A stretch of 64,000 nt of DNA from an uncultured Trueperaceae bacterium (GTDB lineage Bacteria; Deinococcota; Deinococci; Deinococcales; Trueperaceae). The translations under genes were made by a program, and so were the position numbers. The notes beneath the pieces were generated by a model, which saw nothing but the letters and a program-made list of their open reading frames with translations, did no database searches and was not told the origin of the DNA. Below are positions 56,187 through 64,000 of this stretch, one piece after another; position 1 is the stretch's first letter; each line of letters starts with the position of its first letter. The stretch is taken from contig CAWFFU010000003.1 in the NCBI GenBank assembly GCA_963815215.1, positions 736,001-800,000 of the forward strand, read 5' to 3'.

Positions 56187-56825
56187 GTGCTCTCGGACGT
56201 TCTGCAGCGTATCGAGGCCGCCTGCGCCGGCGTGGGTCGGGACCCTTCCGAGGTGACATTGGTGGCCGTCACCAAGGGGCACGATGTCGACGAGATCCGC
56301 GACCGCGTGCTGGCCCGCGGCCACCGCATCCTAGGTGAGAACCGGGTCCAAGAGTGGCGCGGCAAGGCTGCCGCGTTGGGGCCCGACGTCACCTGGCACC
56401 TCATCGGCCACCTGCAACGCAACAAGGTCAAGTACCTCGCTGGGGTGGCGCTCATCCACTCGCTGGACTCGCCGCGACTGGCGGACGCGCTCGAAGCGGA
56501 GGGCGCGCGGCAGGGGACGACCTTCCGCGTGCTGCTCCAGGTCAACGTGGCGCGCGAGCCGGGGAAGTTCGGCGTCGCACCGGAAGCGTGCGCCGCGCTG
56601 GCGGACCACATCGCAAGCCTCGAGCACGTCGCGCTCGACGGGCTGATGACCATGGCGCCGTACAGCGACGACCCGGAGTCCAGCCGCCCCTTCTTCCGGG
56701 AGCTCCGGCGCCTGGGTGATACCCTTGGGACAGCGCGGCTCTCGATGGGCATGAGCGGAGACTTCGAGGTCGCGGTCGAAGAGGGGGCCGCATGGGTACG
56801 GGTCGGATCGGCCCTGTTCCGGTGA
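56187..56825 (+). CDS. yggS: PLP homeostasis protein YggS
   Basis: LVAVTK, GENRVQE, WHLIGHLQRNK, GLMTMAP, LSMGMSGDF, VRVGSALF. Start approximate. Confidence 0.92.
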   Translation: MLSDVLQRIEAACAGVGRDPSEVTLVAVTKGHDVDEIRDRVLARGHRILGENRVQEWRGKAAALGPDVTWHLIGHLQRNKVKYLAGVALIHSLDSPRLADALEAEGARQGTTFRVLLQVNVAREPGKFGVAPEACAALADHIASLEHVALDGLMTMAPYSDDPESSRPFFRELRRLGDTLGTARLSMGMSGDFEVAVEEGAAWVRVGSALFR

Positions 56826-56850
56826 CGCACCCGCGAGGGACGGTACGAGC

Positions 56851-57396
56851 ATGAGACTGAGCCCGCTCGACATCCAGCATATGGAGTTCCAGCGCACGGC
56901 GAGCGGCTACCATCGCCGTCAGGTCCGCGAGTTCTTGGAGCGCGTCGCCATGGAGCGCGAGGAGTTGCTCCGGGAAGTGCAGAACCTGCGCGAGGAGCTC
57001 GAGCTCCGCGGCGAGAAGATCACCGAGCTGCAGGCCGCGGAGGCCGAGTTGCAGCGCGCCATCATCGCCGCGGAACGCATCGGCAACGAGATCAAGGAGA
57101 ACGCCAAGAAGGAGGCGCAGCTCATCCTGCTCGAGGCGGACCGCCTCAAGCACGATCGGCTGCAGGGCGCCGAGGCGCGCTTGCGCGCCGCCCAGGCTGA
57201 GCTGGCACGGGTGGAGCGCGAGACGTCGCTGTTCCGTGAGCAGTTCCGCGGCATGTTGGAGGCCTACACCCGCTCGCTGGAGAGCCAACCCCACCCGCGC
57301 CAGCTGGCCGGCGCGGTCACCGCGGACGAGGACGGCCAGCCCGGCCCCGACGGCGACCCGCGCGATCGCAGCGAACCTACCACCACGCCGCGCTGA
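56851..57396 (+). CDS. divIVA: DivIVA domain protein
   Basis: MRLSPLDI..EF....GY...QVREFL followed by coiled coil. Confidence 0.88.
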   Translation: MRLSPLDIQHMEFQRTASGYHRRQVREFLERVAMEREELLREVQNLREELELRGEKITELQAAEAELQRAIIAAERIGNEIKENAKKEAQLILLEADRLKHDRLQGAEARLRAAQAELARVERETSLFREQFRGMLEAYTRSLESQPHPRQLAGAVTADEDGQPGPDGDPRDRSEPTTTPR

Positions 57397-57447
57397 ACCC
57401 TCACGGAAGCCGCAGGCAGGAACGCTGCTGCGGCCGCGAGGGGCGCC

Positions 57448-57888
57448 TCAGCCGTCCGTACCTTTGCCGCCCGGCACCTCGAGGGCGCTCTCCAGCGTGG
57501 TCCAGGCCAAGGTGGCGCACTTGACCCGGGCGTGGAGTCTGGCGACGCCCTGAAGGGCGCTCAGTTCGCCCAGTTCCGGCGCCGGCGGTTGGCCGCGGAT
57601 CATCGCCCTGAACGCTTCGGAGAGCTCCAGGGCGGCCTCGACGCTACGCCCCTTCAGGGCGTCGGTCATCAGCGACGCCGAGGCCTGGCTGATGGCGCAG
57701 CCCTCCCCTTCGAATCCGATCTCGTGGATGATGCCGTCCGCCACCCGCAGATAGAGCGTGAGCTCATCGCCGCACGATGGGTTCTCACCCTCCCGGACAT
57801 GGCTGGGGTGGTCGAGCGCACCACGGTTGTGAGGCCGTTTGTAGTGCTCGAGGATGACGTCCTTGTAGAGGCTGTCGAGGAAGCTCAT
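57448..57888 (-). CDS. sufU: SufU Fe-S cluster assembly protein
   Basis: ATG 57888. LYKDVILEHY, NPSCGD, GCAISQASAS, RVKCATLAW. Confidence 0.92.
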   Translation of the reverse strand: MSFLDSLYKDVILEHYKRPHNRGALDHPSHVREGENPSCGDELTLYLRVADGIIHEIGFEGEGCAISQASASLMTDALKGRSVEAALELSEAFRAMIRGQPPAPELGELSALQGVARLHARVKCATLAWTTLESALEVPGGKGTDG

Positions 57889-57896
57889 GGGTCGCC

Positions 57897-59132
57897 TCAG
57901 GCGTAGGCCGCGAAGAAGTCGCGGGTCGTGACGACCGCTTCGACGAAGCGGTCCACCTCGTTCTGGGTGGTGTAGAGGTAGAAGCTGGCCCGCGCCGTGG
58001 CGCTGGCGCCGAGGGCCGCCCCCAGCGGTTGCGCGCAGTGGTGGCCGGAGCGGATGGCGATGCCTTCGGCGTCGAGGGCCGTCGCGACGTCGTGAGGGTG
58101 GACGCCGTCGATGTTGAACGTGACGATGCCGCCGCGATCGTCGCCTCGCGGTCCGTAGAGGGTGACGCCCTGCACTCCGTCCAGACGCTCGAGAGCGTAG
58201 CGCGCCAGTGCCGCGTCGTGCTCGGCGACAGCGTCCATCCCCACCGCCTCCAGATAGTCGATGGCAGCGGCCAGGCCGATCGCCTCGGCCACCGGCGGCG
58301 TGCCCGCTTCGAAGCGGGCGGGGATCCCGGCGTAAGTGCTGTCGTCGACGGTCACGCGGCGGATCATCTCGCCCCCGCCCAGGAACGGGGGCATGGCCTC
58401 GAGGATCTCGGCACGCGCCCACAGCGCGCCGACCCCGGTGGGCCCGAGCATCTTGTGCCCCGAGAAAGCGTAGAAGTCGCAGTCGAGCGCCTGGAGGTCG
58501 ACGGGCAGGTGTGGTGCTCCCTGGGCGCCGTCGACGACCAGCACCGCGCCGGCGCGGTGGGCCATGTCGGCGATGCGCCGGATCGGGTTGACGACGCCCA
58601 GTACGTTGCTCATGTGGAAGGTGGCGATGGCCCGGGTACGTTCGCCGATCGCCGCTGCCATCGCGTCGAGGTCGACGCGCTGGTCGGCTGTCAGGCCGAC
58701 GGGCCGGATCACGATGCCGCGCCCACGCTTCAAGAAGTGCCACGGAACCAGGTTGGCGTGGTGCTCCGCGACCGTGACGATCACCTCGTCGCCTTCGGCC
58801 AGGTTCGCCCCGCCCCAGCTCGAAACGATCAGGTTCAAAGCCTCCGTGGCGTTGCGGGTGAACACCACCGAGCGCGCGTCGGGCGCCTTGAGGAAGCCGG
58901 CCACGCGTGCGCGGGCGGCTTCGTAGGCGTCGGTGGCCTCCACCGACAGGGTGTGCGCGCCGCGGTGGACGTTGGCGTGGTGGCCGTAGTAGTAGGCGGC
59001 CATCGCCTCCACCACCTGACGCGGCTTCTGGGACGAGGCGGCGCTGTCCAGGTAGACGAGCGGGTGCCCTTGCACGGAGCGCTCCAGGATGGGGAAATCG
59101 CGCCGCAGCGCATTAGCGTCGAGCGAGTTCAT
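57897..59132 (-). CDS. sufS: SufS cysteine desulfurase
   Basis: YLDSAASSQKP, NVHRG, EHHAN, FSGHKM, FEAGTP, RSGHHCAQP. Confidence 0.95.
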   Translation of the reverse strand: MNSLDANALRRDFPILERSVQGHPLVYLDSAASSQKPRQVVEAMAAYYYGHHANVHRGAHTLSVEATDAYEAARARVAGFLKAPDARSVVFTRNATEALNLIVSSWGGANLAEGDEVIVTVAEHHANLVPWHFLKRGRGIVIRPVGLTADQRVDLDAMAAAIGERTRAIATFHMSNVLGVVNPIRRIADMAHRAGAVLVVDGAQGAPHLPVDLQALDCDFYAFSGHKMLGPTGVGALWARAEILEAMPPFLGGGEMIRRVTVDDSTYAGIPARFEAGTPPVAEAIGLAAAIDYLEAVGMDAVAEHDAALARYALERLDGVQGVTLYGPRGDDRGGIVTFNIDGVHPHDVATALDAEGIAIRSGHHCAQPLGAALGASATARASFYLYTTQNEVDRFVEAVVTTRDFFAAYA

Positions 59133-59195
59133 CAGGCGTCAGTGTAGCACCGGGGTTGCGCCGTCCCCGCCGTCGCCCGGCCCAGCCGGAACGGC

Positions 59196-59879
59196 TCAAT
59201 CCTCCCAGGGAACGACGGCGACCTGGGCGTGGTAGGTCCGGCGCGCCCGCTCGTCGCGCTCCAACGTGCGGTAGCGCTCCAGCACCTCGTAGAGCTCGAT
59301 CAGCATGTGCCGGGCCTCGTCGTCGGTCAGCGCGAACTCCATCCCCACCCGCTCGGTGACCGGCTGGCTCGGGGGCCACGTCGCCATCACGGCGCGCCAG
59401 TCGCGCCCGGCCCCGGCATCCGCGGCCGACTCGTACATGTCCACGCCGTCGGCGCCACGGTAGAGTCGTCGCCCCTCCACCCCGCCCCCGCGCAACGCCC
59501 GTGCAAGCGCCTTCACCACACGTTCGTCCTCACGGATCACGTCGACGAGCATGCGCTCCTCCAGCTCGCTGTAGGGGGTGAGGGCGAAGGGGATGTAGAA
59601 GGCGTCGCTCACCGAACGGTAGAGCTTGATCGGCCGGCCGGCGCGGGCTCGCTCCCCCTGGATCTCCAGCAGCCCCGCCGCGAGGAAGCGCCGGACGCGG
59701 TAGTGCATGGCGTCGAGCGCGCAGCCGACCTCGTTCGCCGCCTGCGTGACCGAGCGCGTCCGCCCCAGGAAGGGAAGGAAGTATGCGCGGCTCGTCGCGT
59801 CGCTCAGCAAGCGTGCCTGGAGGGGAGTGCGGACCTCCCAGGCCCTGTCGGAGACACTACTGGAATTCTGTTCTTCCAT
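59196..59879 (-). CDS. Winged-helix (ArsR-like) transcriptional regulator
   Basis: ATG 59879 with GGAG SD. SVTQAANEVG..MHYRVRRFLAAGLL..RAGRPIKLYR. Divergent from the MFS gene. Confidence 0.7.
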   Translation of the reverse strand: MEEQNSSSVSDRAWEVRTPLQARLLSDATSRAYFLPFLGRTRSVTQAANEVGCALDAMHYRVRRFLAAGLLEIQGERARAGRPIKLYRSVSDAFYIPFALTPYSELEERMLVDVIREDERVVKALARALRGGGVEGRRLYRGADGVDMYESAADAGAGRDWRAVMATWPPSQPVTERVGMEFALTDDEARHMLIELYEVLERYRTLERDERARRTYHAQVAVVPWED

Positions 59880-59908
59880 CTCCAGTAGTAATCTAGCATG
59901 CTGAGGGC

Positions 59909-61129
59909 ATGACGGAATCCGGCCGCGCACGTCTGTTCAACCGCGACTTCACCGCCTATTGGCTCGGCATCGCCGTCAGCGCCATCGGCGACGCGCTCGG
60001 CTTCATCGCCATGCCGTTCCTGGTGCTCGGCCTCGGTGGATCCGGCGCGGAGCTGGCGACCGTGATGCTGCTGGCGTCGCTGCCGCGCTTCGGGGGTCCC
60101 CTGGTGGGTGCGCTCGCCGATCGTCTCCCCCTTCGGCTGCCGTTGCTGACGGGCGCACTCGCGCGCGCGCTGCTGACAGCCGCCGTAGCGGGCCTGGCCC
60201 TGACCGGAGCGCTGCCGCTGTGGCTGCTCTACCTGGCCGCCCCCCTGAACGGCCTCGTCACCATCTTCACGTTCGCGGCAGGGAACGTCGTCCTGCCACG
60301 GATCGTGCCTGCCGAGCGCCTCGCCCAGGCCAATGCCTTGATGCAGGCGGCCACCATGGGGATCCCGATGGTGGGCCTGGGCGCAGGGGGTGCGCTGGTC
60401 GCCACCGTCGGCGCTCCGGCCACCCTGGCCCTGGCCGCCCCTTGCCTGCTGGCCCTCGCCGTGGCGGCCCTGGTCGTGCGCTTCCCCGCCAGCCCCGAGG
60501 AAGGGCGCACGCCCTTCCTGACCGATCTGGTGGGCGGCGTCCGCTTCCTCGCCGGCCGGCCGCCGTTGCAGGTCCTGCTGGTCGCCACCCTGGTGCTGAA
60601 CGCCGCGTTGAACCTGCTCAACGTGCTGATGCCGCTGGCGATGGAGCGGGCCCACCACGGAGCACGCGGCTACGGCCTGTTCGAGGCGCTCATCAGCGCC
60701 GGCACGCTCATCGGCATCGTCGCCGTCACGGCGCTGGTGCAGCGCGTCCCTACCCGCCACCTGGTAACCGTCTCGCAGGCGGTCGTCGCGATCGGCTTCG
60801 CACTGCTCGCGACCGGCACGCTCCCTCGCCTGCTCGGAGGCGGCGTGGTGATCGGGACGGGTCTCGGCCTGGGTGAGGTGGCGTCGATCACGCTGCTGCA
60901 ACTCATCGTCCCCGACGGCATGCGGGGGAAGATGCTCGGCCTCGTGCTGCCCGCCAACGCGCTGGGGCTCACCCTCGGCGCCGCTGTCGCCGGAGCAGTG
61001 GCCGCCCGGCCCTCGTACGCCGCCGTCCTGCTGGGCGCCGCCGCCCTCCTGCTGGCAGTGGCCGCGGTGTGGGCGGCGCTGTCGCGCGGTCTCGACAGCA
61101 GACCGGCGGCCCAGCCCAGCGCCGCCTGA
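59909..61129 (+). CDS. MFS transporter (DHA3/macrolide efflux-like)
   Basis: NRDF..YW....SAIGD, GALADR, about 12 hydrophobic segments, VPDGMRGK. Confidence 0.88.
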   Translation: MTESGRARLFNRDFTAYWLGIAVSAIGDALGFIAMPFLVLGLGGSGAELATVMLLASLPRFGGPLVGALADRLPLRLPLLTGALARALLTAAVAGLALTGALPLWLLYLAAPLNGLVTIFTFAAGNVVLPRIVPAERLAQANALMQAATMGIPMVGLGAGGALVATVGAPATLALAAPCLLALAVAALVVRFPASPEEGRTPFLTDLVGGVRFLAGRPPLQVLLVATLVLNAALNLLNVLMPLAMERAHHGARGYGLFEALISAGTLIGIVAVTALVQRVPTRHLVTVSQAVVAIGFALLATGTLPRLLGGGVVIGTGLGLGEVASITLLQLIVPDGMRGKMLGLVLPANALGLTLGAAVAGAVAARPSYAAVLLGAAALLLAVAAVWAALSRGLDSRPAAQPSAA

Positions 61130-61191
61130 AGGGGAGCGGCAGCGGCCCAACGCGCGCGGGGCGCGCCCAGGCGGAAGGCTACACTGGCTCC

Positions 61192-62238
61192 GTGGTTCTG
61201 CGCTCCCTGTCGCAGCTCAATCTGAGGAACCTCCGTACCCCGCAGATCGAACTCGGCGCCGGCGTCGTCGGCCTGGTGGGCCGCAACGCGTCGGGCAAGA
61301 GCAACGTCATGGCCGCCGCCTACCTGGCCTGCACCGGCGAGCTCCCGGCGGGCACCATCGCACAGACGGTGCGTATCGGCGAGAGCGAGGGGTTCGTGGC
61401 CGCGGAGCTCGAGCATGCCGACGGCACAAGCCGCATCGAAGTCGGCCTCGCGCCGGGCCGCAAGCAGCTCAGGCTGGACGGCCAGTCGGTCCGCGTAGCG
61501 GACATCGCCCGCGTGAGCAGCGCGGTCCTCATCACGCCCGAGGACGCCGAGCTGGTGCACGGCTCCCCCGCGAGACGGCGCGGCTACCTGGACGCCCTGC
61601 TCTCCAAGCTCTCTGCGCGCTACGCCGCCTTGCTGCGTGAGTACCAGCGCGTGCTGGAGCAGCGCAACGCGCTGCTCCGCGGCGGCGCGTCGACGGCCGG
61701 ACTGGAGGTCTGGACCGAGCGCTTCGTAGTGCTCGGCGGCGAGATCGACGCGCTGCGGCGCAGGGCGCTGCGGCGCCTGTCCGAGCTGACGGTCGGGACC
61801 TACGCGGAGGTCGCCGGCGACGCCAAGATCCTGGGCGTGGAGTTGCGCCACCAGCGTGCCGTTTGCGAACTCGGCGAGGCGCTCGCTCTCGCCCATGCCG
61901 AGGAACGGGCGCGCGCGGTCACGCCGGTGGGCCCGCACCGCGACGACCTGGACCTCACCCTCGACGGTCACAGCGTCCAGGCCTACGGCTCGCGGGGGGA
62001 GGCCCGCACGGTGGCGCTCGCCCTACGGGTCGCGGAGTACCGCCTGCTCGAGGAGAAGCACGATGAGGCTCCGGTCCTGCTCGTCGACGACTTCACGGCC
62101 GAGCTCGATGCCGGACGCCGCGCGTTCCTGCTCGACCTCACGGCCCGCACGCCGCAGGCCCTGGTCAGCGGCACCGAGCCGCCGCCCAGTTGCGACCGGC
62201 TGTTGACCATCTCCGACGGGGTGGTGGCCCGTGCCTGA
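61192..62238 (+). CDS. recF: DNA replication and repair protein RecF
   Basis: GTG is 6 nt after TACACT. NLRNL, GRNASGKSN, GPHRDDL, YGSRGE, LLVDDFTAELD. Confidence 0.93.
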   Translation: MVLRSLSQLNLRNLRTPQIELGAGVVGLVGRNASGKSNVMAAAYLACTGELPAGTIAQTVRIGESEGFVAAELEHADGTSRIEVGLAPGRKQLRLDGQSVRVADIARVSSAVLITPEDAELVHGSPARRRGYLDALLSKLSARYAALLREYQRVLEQRNALLRGGASTAGLEVWTERFVVLGGEIDALRRRALRRLSELTVGTYAEVAGDAKILGVELRHQRAVCELGEALALAHAEERARAVTPVGPHRDDLDLTLDGHSVQAYGSRGEARTVALALRVAEYRLLEEKHDEAPVLLVDDFTAELDAGRRAFLLDLTARTPQALVSGTEPPPSCDRLLTISDGVVARA

Positions 62239-63064
62239 GCGTCACGTCTCCGAGCTGTTGGGCGAGTTCTTCCGGCGCTCGGGCATGAAGCGTGCGGTGC
62301 GCCGTGCCGAGGCGGTGCTGCTGTGGCCGCAGGTGGCGGGCCCCGAAGTGGCCCGCTTCGCCGAGGCCAGGGTCGTCCGCGACGGAGTGCTCTACGTCGA
62401 TGTCAGCGACAGCGAGACGGCGATGCACCTCAGCCTCCAACGGCAGCGCTTCCTGGACGTCTACCGCGCCCGCTTCGAGGCGCGCGAGGTACGCGAGATC
62501 CGCTTCGTCGTCGGGCGCCCTCACGCCCCCGAGGAGCCCGCGCCCACGCCGGCGCCCAGCCGCCCCGATCCCGACGCCCTCGCCGACCTGGCGCGCCGAC
62601 TCGGGGACCTCGAGCTGCCCGACCCGGTCGCCGGTGCGGCCCTGCGCGCCGGGCGCGCCATGCTGGGTTACCGTGCCCGGCGGCGGAGCGAGGGGTGGCA
62701 ACCTTGCCCCACCTGTGGCGCGCTGGTGCCGGAGCCGGGCCCCTGCGACGCTTGCCGCCGCTACGCCGACGAGGGCCGCGTCATCGACGCCGCCCGCAGG
62801 CTGGCGGTGCGGCCGGGGGTGCCGACGCCCGACCTCGGCGAGGAGGAGCGGGCCGTTGCCGAGGTCCTGGCGGCGCGTTCGCTCGACGCCACCCTGGCCG
62901 AGCTGCTCCCTCAGGTCCTGGCGGATCCCGGCATCAAGCCACAGCTCGAGCACGCCGCGCGCTGCCGCGCCGCCCTGGCCGCCGGCAAGGCTCTCGCCGA
63001 CGTCGCCGACGACGACATGCGTCGGCTTCCCGACCGCGTCCGGCGGGTCCTCGGCGCGCTCTGA
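62231..63064 (+). CDS. dciA: DUF721/DciA family protein with Zn-finger-like extension
   Basis: WPQVAG....A......GVLYV.V....A..L pattern, position after recF, CPTC..CDAC. Confidence 0.75.
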   Translation: MPERHVSELLGEFFRRSGMKRAVRRAEAVLLWPQVAGPEVARFAEARVVRDGVLYVDVSDSETAMHLSLQRQRFLDVYRARFEAREVREIRFVVGRPHAPEEPAPTPAPSRPDPDALADLARRLGDLELPDPVAGAALRAGRAMLGYRARRRSEGWQPCPTCGALVPEPGPCDACRRYADEGRVIDAARRLAVRPGVPTPDLGEEERAVAEVLAARSLDATLAELLPQVLADPGIKPQLEHAARCRAALAAGKALADVADDDMRRLPDRVRRVLGAL

Positions 63065-63213
63065 GCGGCGTCCCGGGCGCGACGGCGGTACACTAGCCGC
63101 AGCACCGTTCCCGCGGGGCGTTCGGCCTTCCAGAGGGGTCCGTCCCCGCCCCGTGGGCCCGACAGGACGCCATCGCGGCGGCGACCGTGCCGCCCGCGTG
63201 AACGAGGTGACAC

Positions 63214-64000
63214 ATGACCGCACCCGTCAAGCCCGTGGCTCTGTTCATCCTGGACGGCTTCGGCCTCGCCCCCGCCGGTCCCAGCAACGCCGTCTCCCTG
63301 GCGCGCACGCCGACGTTCGACCGCATCTGGCGGGACTACCCGCACACTGAGCTGGCCGCCTCCGGCCGTGCGGTGGGCCTGCCGGAGGGGCAGATGGGCA
63401 ACAGCGAGGTCGGCCACCTCAACCTCGGCGGCGGGCGCGTCGTGATGCAGAGCCTGAGCTTCATCCAGAACGCCATCGACGACGGTAGCTTCTTCGAGAA
63501 CCCGGTCCTGACCGAGACCTTCGACGCGGCCAAGGGACACGCTCTGCACCTGATGGGGCTGGTGAGCAACGGCGGCGTCCATTCCGACCTCCGGCACCTC
63601 TTCGCGCTGCTCGAGCTCGCCAGGCGGCGGGGCACCGCGCCGGTCTACCTCCACGTCTTCACCGACGGCCGCGACACCCCACCGGACAGCGGCCGCGGCT
63701 TCGTGGCCGAGCTCGAGGAGCGGGTCGCGCAACTCGGCTCCGGGGCGGCGCTGGCCAGCGTGTCCGGCCGCTACTACGCCATGGACCGCGACAAGCGCTG
63801 GGAGCGAACCCGGCTGGCCTACGAGGCAGTCGTTTGCGGGCGTTCCGAGCACACCGCGCACAGCGGCTCCGAGGCGGTGGCGCAGGCGTACGCACGGGGA
63901 GAGACCGACGAGTTCATCCTCCCTACCGTGATCACCGACCAGGAGGGCGTGCCGCTCGGCGAGATGCGCGACGGCGACGCGGCGGTGTTCTTCAACTTCC
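63214..64000 (+). CDS. gpmI: 2,3-bisphosphoglycerate-independent phosphoglycerate mutase, 3' end outside window
   Basis: ATG 63214 with GAGGTG SD. ILDGFG, VGLPEGQMGNSEVGHLNLG, GGVHS, FTDGRDTPP, GRYYAMDRD, TDEF. Absent from the ORF track because there is no stop. Confidence 0.95.
   Translation, partial: MTAPVKPVALFILDGFGLAPAGPSNAVSLARTPTFDRIWRDYPHTELAASGRAVGLPEGQMGNSEVGHLNLGGGRVVMQSLSFIQNAIDDGSFFENPVLTETFDAAKGHALHLMGLVSNGGVHSDLRHLFALLELARRRGTAPVYLHVFTDGRDTPPDSGRGFVAELEERVAQLGSGAALASVSGRYYAMDRDKRWERTRLAYEAVVCGRSEHTAHSGSEAVAQAYARGETDEFILPTVITDQEGVPLGEMRDGDAAVFFNF

Overview
GC-rich bacterial chromosomal segment, most likely Deinococcota (Truepera/Thermus-like). The assignment rests on a Thermus-type V/A-ATPase operon, an SdrP/DdrI-type CRP regulator, a Thermus-type APRT, recF-dciA and frequent leaderless genes. 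The window is gene-dense and mostly core genome, about 54 CDS: class III aminotransferase, GH31 glucosidase, galM, folC, rimO, pilT, an Aap/Bzt amino-acid ABC operon, the full V/A-ATPase operon, an orphan N6-adenine DNA methyltransferase, dnaG, apt, purU, MATE, ruvB, a trehalose/maltose ABC importer, acetoacetate-CoA ligase, uvrB, carD, rsmA, thrC, ychF, bamA, punA-yggS-divIVA, sufS-sufU, recF and gpmI (partial). I found no rRNA, tRNA, CRISPR array, IS, integrase or phage gene, and no clearly new multi-gene system. The best oddities are: (1) an AapQ permease with a ~200-aa insertion bearing SdrD-B-like Ca-binding motifs; (2) an aapP gene with strongly G/T-skewed codons; (3) purU with a frameshifting loss of its ACT domain; (4) a promoter-terminator-promoter arrangement ahead of the V-ATPase operon; (5) candidate leaderless micro-ORFs whose stops overlap the starts of pilT, thrC and sdrP; (6) 21-bp-phased repeats in the apt leader. 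All family calls come from motif recognition by eye, not from database searches.
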